64,000 bases of DNA, taken from positions 16,501,045 through 16,565,044 of the forward strand of contig NC_092680.1 in NCBI RefSeq assembly GCF_964355755.1. Reading direction: 5' to 3'. Made by a program: the position numbers and the translations under genes. The stretch is from Antedon mediterranea. Taxonomy: Eukaryota > Animalia > Echinodermata. Positions 1 through 13,800 of the stretch are shown here, piece by piece. The stretch's first letter is position 1; each line of letters starts with the position of its first letter. The notes under the pieces were generated by a model, which was given only the letters and a program-made list of their open reading frames with translations, was not told the origin of the DNA and searched no databases.

Positions 1-948
1 AGGTAAGTGTGATGATAATAATACGATAAGAAATCAACTCGTTGTTAGTATTACTAAAGATGAGGTGTTAAATAATGATATAATAAATGTAATTAACTAT
101 ATAACGATCAAAGTAGCCGTGGCGGCGCAGCAAAAGGTGTGGTACATAAAGTAAACTGTCTTTAGAATTAATACTGCTGGTACATGTATTTAAAACAAAA
201 ATAACTCAATTCAAAGCAAAAACAACATTAACCCTAATCAAATAATAACTTACCGTCTGTTACAAATTACTGTCTTTCCAATAGCTTAATACCCTCAACA
301 AGTTAACAAAACTCAACTTGGTCATCCAATATCGTAAAAACAATGAAAACCTATTCAATAATATAAAAAACTCCAAAGTGTTGTTTTAACTCGTTATTAA
401 ATCATAAACAACAAATCGTAAAAGATGGAACACTGATAATAATGCCGGATGAGTATTGCAGAGGGTTTTGAAAATCTCATATTTTTTGGCTATATTGTAT
501 TACTATGACATATTATCCTACATCGGCAGATCGGTGTTCAATCATTTACGATATTAATACAAATAATTATTTAGAATAAATAATGGACATTGTTAGTAAA
601 ACAAAAAACTTATCACATATTTTATTCTGAAATAAAAGAAAAAAATATCAGACAACCAAAATGTTGCCAATTACTACCGATAACAATGAATCAGTTTAAT
701 CATCATTTTAGTGTAAGATTTAAGCACAATATTACCGTAATGAAATTTGTATATTTACTTTTATAACAGATTTCTTTTAATTTCTAGATGTCTTTCCTTC
801 ATGGCGTAAAGAGTTCGGTAGAATCACAGTATTTCAGAACGGGAGTACCGACTAGGATTTTCTATTTATAAGTCTAAATTTTGGCGGGATTAAATGTATT
901 CGGCATAGTCGTCTTAAATTTACATCTCGATTTTTTGGCGAAATTTTA

Positions 949-1668
949 ATCGGGATAATGCGCAAAAACGAATTTTAACCGGGGTATCGATCGGGGTTCT
1001 TGGCGGGATCCCGATCGATATCCCGGTTAAAAATCCCGTTCGTTTTTGCGCATTATCCCGATAACAATTTCACCGATGATCGACCGAAATTCCCGACCAA
1101 AAATCCCGATTTTTCGTGAATCCCGATAAAAATCCCGATAAGGAATGAGTAATCGGGATTCCCAAAAGATCGGGACGTCGTCCGAGACCCCGATATTTTC
1201 GACCGAAATTCCCGACCAAAAATCCCGATTTTTCGTGAATCCCGATGAAAAATCCCGATACGGGATGGGTAATCGGGATTCCCAAAAGATCGGGACGTCG
1301 TCCGGGATCCCGATATTTTCGACCGAAATTCCCGACCAAAAATCCCGATTTTTCGTGAATCCCGATGAAAATCCCGATACGGGATGGGTAATCGGGAAAT
1401 CCCAAAAATCGGGACGTCGTTCGAGATCCCGATATTTTCGACCGAAATTCCCGACCAAAAATCCCGATTTTTCGTGAATCCCGATAAAAATCCCGATATG
1501 GATGGGTAATCGGGATTCCCAAAAGATCGGGACGTCAATCGGGATCCCGATATTTTCGACCGAAATTCCCGACCAAAAATTTCGGTCGAAAATATCGGGA
1601 TCACGGCGAGATCCCGGCGGGATCCCGACCGTGATATCGGCGGGATCCCGGATGTTTTTTCTATAGGG
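949..1668. mobile_element. Foldback-like non-autonomous element with hairpins and an internal ~119-bp tandem satellite, intronic in ADGRV1
   Basis: About 4.2 tandem units of 118-120 bp starting at 1081, 1200, 1320, 1439 and 1557, rich in ATCCCGA/TCGGGAT; hairpins at 949-1062 and 1543-1602 (perfect 25-bp arms, 10-nt loop); GC-rich block ends abruptly at CTATAGGG (1668). Other terminus not seen in window. Confidence 0.6.
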
Positions 1669-1836
1669 GAGGCCTATGTTTTTATATAGAGATATGTTGA
1701 ATTATTTTGGATACTCACTTATATTATTCAACTGACCAATTAAAACAAAAAAAACTAAAACAATGAACAAATTTTGTACTTTTTGTCTGTAGTGTGTTCT
1801 TTCTATGAGTATTATTTTCAACCTTTCTTTTTTTAG

Positions 1837-4800
1837 GTGTGTCTGCTACTGGTGCTGCAGAGTTGGATCCTCAAGGTTCAGTAGCTAGCATAACCATCAG
1901 TGCCAGTGATGAACCACATGGTGTCTTTAGCTTTGCTCAAGGATCTAATGAGATCACAGTGTCGGAAGACCAAGAAACTCTTCAACTGTTTGTTGATAGG
2001 AAGTTTGGAAACATAGGTAAATGTTTTTGGAGATTGCATGTCTTTTAAAGAAAATGATTGCTTTTCTGTTCAATTGTTTATTGTTTGTTTTTTTATGTAT
2101 GTACATTTTACTAACATCAATTTGGTATTTTTTTTTACGTTATTCTAATTTGTACATCAGGGAGACTAAAGTCAATGCCAGATTCTAAGTTTCATGCAGA
2201 TGATTATATAATTTAAATTGAATAAATAATTGTGTTATGTTTATGAACAAATATTTCTATTCTATTTTTTAACACTTGATTAGGCTCAGTTCGTGTTTAC
2301 TATGAGGTTCTTGAGGGATCTTTGACCCTCGACCCTCTGCCAGTTCTCAACCAAGCTCTGAGTGGTCAGGATTTCAGTGATGGTTTTGGATTTGTTGACT
2401 TTGAAGATGGTGTTAGTGATGTTGCCATCATGGTTACAATTTTACAGGTAAAGTTACATATTATTTATGTTTACTACAAATATTGTATTCAATTCAAAAT
2501 ACAGAATAGAGATAGAACATTTGTTGAGTGGTTATGAGCACAAGTATCATTGTGGTGTTGATATATTTATTTTATTTATGTAAAAGAACTTTCATACGTC
2601 ATAGACTTTATCAGTAGATTAATGTAAATTTTCTCACTAGCAGGTAAAAATATACTGATTATGGCATACAACACCCATACAGTAGATAGATTTCCATAGT
2701 CATGCATTCTTCATCAAAATACATTCCTAAACTCAAATTACTGTTAATTTATTAGTATGTATAAAACACTATTGACAGAATTTCATAAAACATCCACGTC
2801 CAACTCAGGGCCATTCTATAGTCGCCGTACAGATAGGCTACTACATCAGTACTTCTATGAATGGATGGCTGTTGGTGACAAGAACGCTAGTTGATCATAC
2901 CAAGTACCATTTTGATTTTATGATCATTCGAGAAAACACCTCACGACTATAAATTTTTTTTGATTATTAATTTTTTATTATGATTATATGTTTTTGTTTT
3001 CAGGATGAAATTCCTGAACTTGATGAAAAGTTCTTAGTAAACTTGACTGACATACAACTCTTAGATCCAGCAACTACTGACACACCTCCTAAACTTGGTA
3101 AGCTAATTGTTCAGTGAGAAAACCCAAACAAAAGAATAGGTTGGATTCCAATTTTGATTCTAGTATTTTACCATCTTTCTTGGACTAGAAGATAGGGAGC
3201 TTTTGATTTTTGATGACCTATGACCTACACGTATTGTAACATTGATTTCATCTGGATCTAGAATCCATCCCGTGAGCTAGGAAGGATGGATAGGATGCAC
3301 ACGATGAATTAGCATGTCATGTAATATTACTCCTCAGTTCCTCAGTCACCACAAAGTGAACACTCTATACTTATGATATTCATGCTAATTTTATGAAAAT
3401 GTCAATCTTAATAGATCAAGTTGGTACAGTGTCGGAGGTCACTATAAGAGCAAATGACGGAACGCAAGGTATTGTCAAGTTTGCTGAGAGCACGGCAAGG
3501 TAAGATATTTCAAATTGTTAAGTTCATTGAACATGTTTAACCCACCCTCTATTGGTTAATATGTTATGTAAGTGTACAACAAATAATAAGGAAGCATATG
3601 CATTGCCATCAGACGTTTTAAAAAGCAATCTATCTTTTCTAGTATTTCTGTTGAAGAAGGTATAACCAACTTAACATTGACTGTTCTGCGAGATAAAGGA
3701 ACGTACGGTGATGTGTCAGTGTTTATTTATAGCCAGCCTCTTGACTCAACTCGTGACAGTGACTATAGCTTTAACGACAAGGTAAATGACCTTTAACATA
3801 TACACAGCACAACATGGTTATGGATTTATGGATGGAAAGACCATTTACTGAATATGCGCTAAATAAGAGTATGACAATTACCATTTCCATAGTACTGTAT
3901 ACCAATATTCCAAAATTAGATCGAAATTCATCCCTCGAAAATAAATGGAATAGTCCATATGAACCATATTCTACAGTACAATAAAATGATTACCTTATAG
4001 TGTATATTGCTATGCAGTCAGTACATTAGCTAATATTATGGTCAAAATCTGTTGCTGTTGCATTTGAAAATATTATTTTTTTCTTCCATTAGGTTCTTAG
4101 CTTTGCCAGTGGTGAGAACACTAAAACAGTTACAGTACAGATCTTTGAAGATACTATTCCAGAGGATAATGAATCATTTGAGATTATCCTGGATAATCCA
4201 TATGGAGGATTAGAGATTGGAGATCCCAGAAAAGGTATTGATATTTTAGATTTCTTTATAATCTATATAAAAAATAATGTACTCACTTAAATAAACACTT
4301 TTAATTTGGACCGATATGTTGGAAAAAGAGTCTATTAGTCTTTGTAAAAAGACACCTAATGTTGACATCTGTTTAAAAACTTTTTGACTGCAAGCAACCT
4401 ACACAGGTTTTCTGTTTACATTATTCATAGACACTAATGAATACATAGAGTTCTGCGGTGCTGGCGTCACGATGGTAGGTGGCGCTGCATTGACGGTAGG
4501 TGGTGCTGCGTTGTGACGTCACACCGCAGAACTCCATAGCATATTTGTGGACAATGTTGGTGGGTCTCAATTTCTAAAAGAATCATCTGAAACAGTTGAT
4601 ATATTTACTACTAAAGATTATATGTAAATTACAATAATATTCCTTTTAATTTCATTTCCAGCTGTTATCACAATCTTAGCCAATGACAATGCATATGGCA
4701 TTGTGTCTTTCACTGGGCCAACATCTATCACTATCCTCGAACCTACAGACATGAGCTCAGCCAACAGTGTGGCTCAGTTTACTGTTATACGAGAAGAAGG

Positions 4801-7800
4801 TACATTTGGAGAGGTACAAGTACCTTTTGATGTCCTGCAGTTAGATGGCCAGTCAGCAATTAATGATTTGAACCCGGCAACAGGATTTGTTATATTTACA
4901 CCTGGAATTTCAACCACGGTAGGAACCCAACAAATTTAATTTAATAACAAGTTTTACCAAATATAATGTGTACTATCCTGCTGATTATAAACAAAGGTAA
5001 AAATATTTAACAGGTACAAATGTCAAATGTTTGTTTAACTATTATTTAGTCGAGTCGAGTGGCACAGGTTCTAGGCACTTCTCGACCATTGTTCTGGTGG
5101 TAGAACAAATCTTCTCGGAGGTCCCGTGTACACATCTTGCTTGTACCCAGTACGCCTTTTGGAAGAGTAGGAAGTTGCACTATTTATATTATACTTTTAT
5201 ATATTATATTTTTCTGTTTAACTAGGTGTTACATGTATCAGCCGTGCTTGACAATGATCCTGAATTGCAGGAAGAGTTTCTCGTCAAGCTTTTTCCACCA
5301 ACTGGTGGTGCTATTTTGGGTCCAACCGTAAATGCTACTATTATTGTAGCAGACAATGATTCCCCTTACGGGTTGATACAAATCTATCCACAAGGTTCAA
5401 GGTACAGTTTTTGTGTTTCTTATTGCGACAATAGAATGGCCCCGAGACCTGGCTATCTTCTTCTTAGACATTCTGTTCATAATATACCGCTATTTTACCT
5501 TAATTGAGAGATCACCATCAAAATGTAACAGTAGCCAGGTGTATTGTATGTACATTCTATTATAGTTTGTTTTAAACATTTCAATTCAGAAATAGATAGA
5601 TTTTTAGTTGGGGAGATCGGACTTTCAGTGTTGCTGGACCTAGGCTCTGGAACCATCTACCCTTGAACGTTAAACACACATCGTTATTGAGTCACTTTAA
5701 GTCACTACTCAAAACTCACCTTTTCTGATTTTTTCTACAGCGCCATGAGCAATGAATGTTGGAATGGCGCTATATAAATCGAACGATTGATTGATTGATT
5801 GATAGCTATTTGCCTTTCATCAAATGATTAATTCATTTATTTCTGTTCTCTGTTGTTTTAGATCAAGTATTGCTGACATTGAAGAGACAGGTCAACCTAC
5901 GTACTTGACAGTTGAAAGGTCATATGGTACATTGAACCAAATTACAGTAGATTGGCAAACCATTTCAGGAACAGCCACTGCTTCAGGTATGTAACTTATA
6001 GTTCATTATAAGTAGAATATTTAATACAATACTCAATATGTATCTATGTTAACAAACTTTTCCTAATGACGTATTTTTCGTATAAGAAATTTTTATTCTA
6101 ATATTGTCAGAAAAAAAATTGGGAATTTGATAGTGCCCTGTCTACACTATCTAAATTTATGTGACAAAAAATGTTATGTGCCCATATTTGGACATAATGG
6201 CAAATTGTAGGTACCAATCCATTCATGGAACAAAAATGTACATTAAATATGCTTTACAAACAAACGTTTGTTGGAGTTATTGAAGCGTGAAAAGGTCAGA
6301 CAAGATTATAACCCTGGGATTGGAAGCCATATATGTCATTATAACTTACTAATTATATAATGATTTTATTCCATCACAGTTGGTACTAGTTTGACTGTAG
6401 CAGCTGCTCAAAACATCACTGCAATATCAGCTCAATCTTGGTATAGCTTTACTATAGAATCTGAAGTGTTCTTGGTGTTGACCAATAGCAAACGTCTTGG
6501 AGAACTAACAACAACTATTGGTAGTAATGGATCATCTAGTGATACTGATGCCACACCAGTTGTGGATTCTATGATATATCGATGGCAAGGAGTCTTTGTT
6601 CCAGTACAGGTAAATGGTTGTAAATTAGTAATAATCCTTTTCATGGAAGCACTCTGCCATAGATTACAGATATGCCTTTAAGTCCCACCTGAGAATTACA
6701 AATTTTTTCGCAATACTTACGTAGCATCAAATACAATTACGTCAAAGTAGAACAAACATCGGACAAATCAAATAGGTCTGGTTGAACACTGGTTATCACC
6801 AGTTCAGTCTTGGAAAATCTAAATGAATTATATTATTTAAAAAATGAATGCATATGTTCTATTGTGCTTTCCTAAAATGTTTGTGTAAGATATTACAAGC
6901 TTTTATAGCAAATTTCTAATATTTTGGTCATTTTTAAAAAATGTATTTTATTTCTTTCAACAGACTATTGAAACTAACAGTGCTCGCAAGTCTTCAAGTC
7001 ATGTGATTAATGGTATAACCTATCTGGTTGTTGCTAATCATGGCGGGTTCCGTAGAGTTTCGACTTCATCTCGCTTGTACCGTGTTAGCTTAACTGGAGA
7101 ACTTTCGGTGGTAAGATTAAGATTAATTACAATTTGTATAATAGGAAGATTTCAATTTGCAGTGACATATGACCTACGCAATAATTATGGACAATAAACT
7201 TATACAAATAACTTATTGTTAAATAACCCATCATTTTTTTTTATTTTTAAGATACAAGATATTCAGACAGAGGGCGCTTCAGATGCTGTTTTCATCTCGA
7301 GTGGCTCTAACACATACCTCTTTATAACAAATGAAATCAGCAACACTCAAGCAACTAGAATCAATTCAGTTCTTTTGATCTGGAACGGTGTTATATTCAC
7401 CGAGCACCAGCAAGTTACGACGTCTGGTGCCCTCGATGTAGTGGCATTCAGAATCGGTATTGATCAGTTTGTAGCTGTGGCGAACTCGTACGATCAGATT
7501 CTTGGAACTACACAGATACAGTAGGTTTTAATTTGTTCAATAATTATTGATTTTCATCCATTGTATCTAGATGGTACTTCAAAATTATTTTTGTTTGTTG
7601 TTCCCTCTTTCGTCAATTTTATAATTTTCTATTATATAATAATAATAATAAAATAATTGGTTATCTTTCTTTACATTGCAAAAAGGTTTGTAGGTCATTT
7701 TAAGTCATGGATTTGGAAAATTGGGCTTAAAAATAACATACCATTACAAAAATCTGATCTGATGACTGGTACAGAAAACAAGTGATATTGTATTGCATGT

Positions 7801-10800
7801 TTCTTGGTTTAAAATTGTCAATATAAATTTATAATTCTGTCTTTTTGTAGGTCAACTGTCTTTAAGCTTCAGAATGGTCAACTTGTGGAATATCAATTAA
7901 TTGACACAAATGGTGCAATTTCTATTGAGAGCTTTGTGATTGGCTCAAGTACTTATCTAGTGATCGGCAATAGCCGAACCAGTGGTAAGAATTGAATTAA
8001 TAAAATTGTTCTTGTAAATTGATCCCAGAAGTCATAATGGGAATTCTCCTCCACCCAGGTGTTTAAATGGGTATCCAGTTAGATCAAGACACAACTTTGC
8101 GATGATTAATAGCTGCATTATGGGAGTATATTTCCATACGCGTTTGATCCAAAAAAGTTAACGTGGGAATAATGTGAAGTGCTTAGAAGCAATAAGCGCT
8201 ATAAGAATGAATATTATGACTATTATTAATTGGAATCTTGAGTCTTGAGTCTTGTCTAACATTAACAGTAAATATAAGGCACTTGTTCTATGTGCAACAT
8301 TTTTGTAGTTTGTTTACAGTAATCTATATCTATACTTGCTATTATATTACTTTATAGTTGAAGGCACTGAAGGAGCATCAGTCATCTATAAGTGGAACAT
8401 TGCCAATGCCCAGTTTTCCCAGCACCAGACAATTTCAACCCCTGGTGTTCAGAGCATCAAGCACTACACCGGTCTAGACGGTACAGCCCACTTAGTTGTA
8501 GCTCAACTTGAAGGAGACTCCACTATTTGGGCCTGGAACTCGTTTGCACTGTCGTTCACTAAGCTAGCAAGTGTACCTGTATCACATCATTTAGAACCTA
8601 TTTTGATCAGTGGAACTGGTGGCTCTGTGGACTTGTACATTGCCTCTGCTAATTATGGTGATGGTTCAAGTGCTTTAGAGTCTCTTATATATGAAGCTGT
8701 CTCTATTTCTGTTGATTCTGATTATGTGCCAAGGTAACTCATTCATCCATGACATGTTTATTTATGCATGTAGTCTGAACTATGATTTAGGTTGTTTATG
8801 CTTCTGATATTTTTTTAAAACATTTATTTGTTGTTATCGTTCTGTGTTTCATTTGTTTACTTTGTGTATATGTTTAATATGACAATACTGTAATGTACGG
8901 TGTCAAGAACTGGTCAAAACAAAAAAATTAGCTTGTCATTCACACTACACTATTTTATGATTCAGGTCTGGTCAGCTTACTTTTGAAGATGGTCAAACAG
9001 AACTGACAATTGCAGTGGTAGCCATTGATGACGCAAATCCAGAAAATGATGAAAGCTTTAGTGTTGCTCTTAGTAACCCAACAGGTGGTGCTATCATTGG
9101 CTCACAGAGTCAGGTGACTGTAAACATTCTGTCCAATGACGATGCACATGGCTTGATTGCTTTTTCAAGGGTAAGATTACGATTTATTTTTAGTTGTAAA
9201 TCAGTCTACTTTAGATACAGTGCCTACACTGTTGTGGCAACTATTTATCTGAATATTAAACGTAATGTTACTTATTTCTTTATTTCTACAAGCTAATTGT
9301 AAAATATAAGTATTATTATACCATTACATTTCGAAGCATATGTCATTACAGTTATATGACCTATGACCCAACCAAATTTGACCTAGTACATTACATACAG
9401 TAAGCAACAGTAATCATTGTATGGTTTAACTTATATATGTGTAACTACCATCAACCACCATAAATGTATTATGTTTCAGGATTCATTAGATAAGCAAGTA
9501 AATGAACTCAACCTTGATAACGTGGTTGTACTGAATGTTGAGCGTCAGAGAGGGTCAGCAGGTCTGGTTGTCATTGAATGGCAGGCTAGTGGTGATAATG
9601 ATATCAATGACATATCACCACTTTCTGGACAGGTGAGAATAACTTTGAAATTCTTCTAAATGGCTTATTGGCAAGTTAGAGGTTATGGGATAAAATTTAG
9701 ACTGATGTGAACAACAAAAAATGAAAGTTCATTTTTTCAAGAAGTGACCATGTTTTTCTATGACATTACACTGATTCTCATATACAGTTATGTTAAAAGC
9801 TCCTCCCCCTCTTGGTTCAGTGCAGTAATTAACATATGGGCTATTATTCAAGCAAGAATTTTTCACAGGCATTCTAACACCTGAAACAAATTTGGCCATC
9901 ATTATTTGTTATATCAATCTGCAGAACGATATTCTTTTCATTCAAAGAATTACCAATTGCTGATGAAATTCACATTTTGTATCCCTGTAGTATTCATCTT
10001 TTGATTATATTGATAGTTTTAAATAATATAAATATTGTATATAGTAAGAATTTTATTAACTATCATTTTAAAATTTTGAAAATGTACTCATATTATTTTC
10101 CATTTTAATTGGCAAAATAAAATTGAATCTTGAATTATATACATTGAGTTTTTATCAAAAATTGCTTTATATAGATCGAATTTCCCGATGGAGTGTCAAC
10201 TGCTGTTATCGTCATCACTATTAAAGCTGACAGTACACCAGAACTTGACGAAACCGTGTTTGTTTCATTAGTGCGTGTAGTCAATCCTGGCACGCCTCAC
10301 TCTGACCGAGGTGCTGTTATAAGTTCCACTGACTACACTGCTAAGATGACCATACTGGCCAATGATTCACCACATGGTGTGTTTGCCTGGTCAGTTGGAT
10401 CATTGTTTACTTCAGTGTCTGAACCGGAAGGGCAGACTTCATTTACTGTCGGGCTGCAGGTCATCAGAGAGCAAGGGCTGCAAGGAACAGTGTCCGTCAG
10501 CTATAGGTAAGTTTGAATGAAAGAAAAAAACCTGTAATCCTTATGCCACAGGTCTCTCTATACCATAAGATTTCTTTTATTATTATTTTTTATTTCATAC
10601 ACATCCCACAGCAAGTAAAAACTCGCCAATAACAGGATGGATAAACTATTTTAAGATTTATCGTGCTTATAAAGTCTCATTTGAGGCTTAGGAAGTGGAG
10701 TTGAAAGAGTCGTGAGTTACAACCCTGGTACTAGGTCAGATTGAACCCTGAACCTTGGGATTGGAAGTCAAGCATGTTAACTACCAAGCTCCACAACACG

Positions 10801-13800
10801 TTTTGCAAAGTTCATAGTTGCACATATTTTATAATATTTAAATTCATTTAACAGTTCTTTAGCTATTGCTCATTTTATAACTAGAATTATCTATTTTTTA
10901 TTGTTAGTACTTTTGAAGCAGTTGGTCTTCCAATTGCCCAGCAAGCGAAGAGTGACCGGGATTATGTGTCTCGTGTAGGCTATGTAACCATGGGAGATGG
11001 AATTTCATCAGATTCTGTGACTATCACTATTCTATCTGTAAGTAATTGCTTTCCATTCTATTTTTATGTCTGTCTATGTAAATTGAATACTATACAAATA
11101 ATGAATGTTTGCAGGTTGAATGGGGATATTTTCATGAGTTGAAACATTGTTTCTATATTTGAAAGATAGTCTTATTTTGTTAGAACAGTCAGAATTTTAA
11201 CAATTAAAGATATTAAGCCTTTTCAATGAATACAAAGCATTTATTGTTTTATATGACACACCTACTTTGTTCTAAAGTCAACTTTATTCAATTCATCCGC
11301 TACTTTTATTATAACTTATCCTTCTGAAAGCATGTCTATTTCTTGTTATAAACCTAAAGATTTTCAGGAGTGTACCCTGGGCTCAATATTTCACTAGCTC
11401 AATGTACAAATTCTATTAAAAATGCTGTTAGCCTAGTCAAGCTAACATCTTATAAGCCCATGAAAGTGTGTGGGATTGTGAAACAGCCAGTGGGCTACTA
11501 AAACAATGAACTAGAGTCCAGTGGTCTAGTAACTAAATTTTAAATATCAAGTCCTGTCTTCTCTTTTTCTATATCCACTATTTAACTATAAATTTTCTCA
11601 TGTTTCTAGGATACTAATGCAGAAGGGCCAGAGACGTTCTTTGTAAACTTAACATCAGTTGAATTACTAACAGGAAGTCCCATTAGTGGAGCACCACCCA
11701 GTGTAAAGAATGATCAGAATGTAGCAGAGGTTGTTATATCACAAAATGACAATGCTAATGGTATCTTACAGTTTAGTGTAGAAAGGGTAAGTATTATTGG
11801 TTTAAATTCAGCGAAATGTATTAAAAGTTATCACCTATGAACATACAATGAAAGCCTTATTCAGTGGTATGGTCACTGCATATCAAACAGAAGAATTAAA
11901 GTTTTAAATTTCAGTTCTCAACATTATTTTATCATTATTACTTGGTGTGTTAGAATGTCTCTCTCTGCCTTTATTTGAAGACTTTTTAAAGAAATTATTT
12001 TGTTTGTTCTATATTAATTTATATACACGATATCGATCACTTATACACTATCTATTGATCAATATATACTAAATTATAATGATGATTTTGTACAGAATTC
12101 GGCAAATGAGGTAGAAGTTTACGAAGGCTCTGGAACTAGCAGCATATTGTCATTGCCTGTTCTAAGATCAGCTGGTAGTTTTGGTATTGTTAGCGTGAGC
12201 TGGCTTGCGTTCTCAGCATCAGCCACCACAGCTGATTACTCACCTGTGTCTGGTAACATCACATTTGCAGAAGGACAGCAAGAAGCCGTTATTGATATAT
12301 CACTTATTGATGATAATATATATGAAACAGATGAGGTAAGTTACTTTAGATTAATATAAGATGAATATAGCCCATATTCACTTTTAGTATTTAGACACTG
12401 TAGGACACTAACCCATTTTGTTCACCTGATCGTCTGAATGATAATTTGCACTATGGCTACACATGGCAAACCTCTTACTTTTACATAAACATGTTCCAGA
12501 TTCCATTATCCATAATTAAAATTTACTTTTTTCAACAGTCATTTACTGTCCAGTTAAATAGCCCAAGTGGTGGCGCTGTTCTTGGCAGCGATACGTTTGC
12601 AACTATTAAGATCTTGAAGAATGATTCTCCTAAAGGCCTATTTGGCTTCACAAACACACAGGTAAATAACTATACATTATGTTATTGATATTGATGTATA
12701 AGCCGAAGGTCAGGCAATTCAGCCATGGATCATTTTCCAAGTACCACATTTAATTTTGTGTCATCAGCTATTTTGGACTGTATTTTAATATATGTATTTA
12801 TTATATAGACAACAGTTGCGGAATCCACCTCTAACTCTGATCCAAACGGTGTCATCACCATCACAGTTCAGCGCACACAAGGTCAGCAAAGTGATGTTGA
12901 ACTTGCCTGGGAGCTGGATGCATCTGGAGTTGATGATATAACACCCAGCAGTGGAACACTTAATTTCCCAAACGTGAGTTTCTATATGTAATCATATAAG
13001 TTTTGTATTGTAAATTTTATTAAGGTTGAAGATACCTAGCTCTGTATTGAATTTACACAAACTTCATACTATGTTTTTCCCTTCCGAGTATATGAATAAA
13101 CATGTGAAAGTACATATTGTATGATTGTCAGAAAATACTAATTACAGATATATATTTTGAGTGCTTGCCAGTTTAATGTATTTATCTTATCATTCTTAGG
13201 GTGTAACAAGCCAATCATTTACTGTACGAGCTGTGCCTGATAACATCTTAGAAGGAGAGGAACGGTTTATGGTAGCTATAACATCTGTTACTGATGATGC
13301 TGAAATATCTCCTGTTAATGGTTAGTTTATTCATATAACTTTCTATAGACTTCTATATTTAATTTTTTTAGAATATCCTAGTTTTACTAACAAATAAGAT
13401 CACATTGACAGGGATGAAGGATACCCATGTGTAGTGTAACAACCATGCAGTATTTATTAAAATAGAATTGTTTTACCTTGTTGTTTGAATCAACATTAAT
13501 TAGCATTCCACCAATTAGTATCATATCAGGTTGTGTAATAATTAAATGCCTATACAATAATATAAAAACATTAATTTGTTTGCTATTTTTCTTTTGTAGG
13601 TGTAATGACAATCATCATCCAGGCCAATGCAGGCTCAGCAGGTCTAATCTCTGTTCAGCCTCAATCAAGACAAGTTCTCACTGGTGAACCTGAAAATGGC
13701 TATGATGGCCTAGCTGTTGTAGGGTGAGTATAACAGCAATAAACTAACTTTGTACGTTTGAATATTGCTAAAATAATATCGTTTTTTTACAGTTAAAATA

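Noticed and set aside
1027-1604. Four overlapping ORFs of 110-183 aa
   Set aside because: By-products of the stop-poor ~119-bp tandem repeat; periodic translation and no domain.
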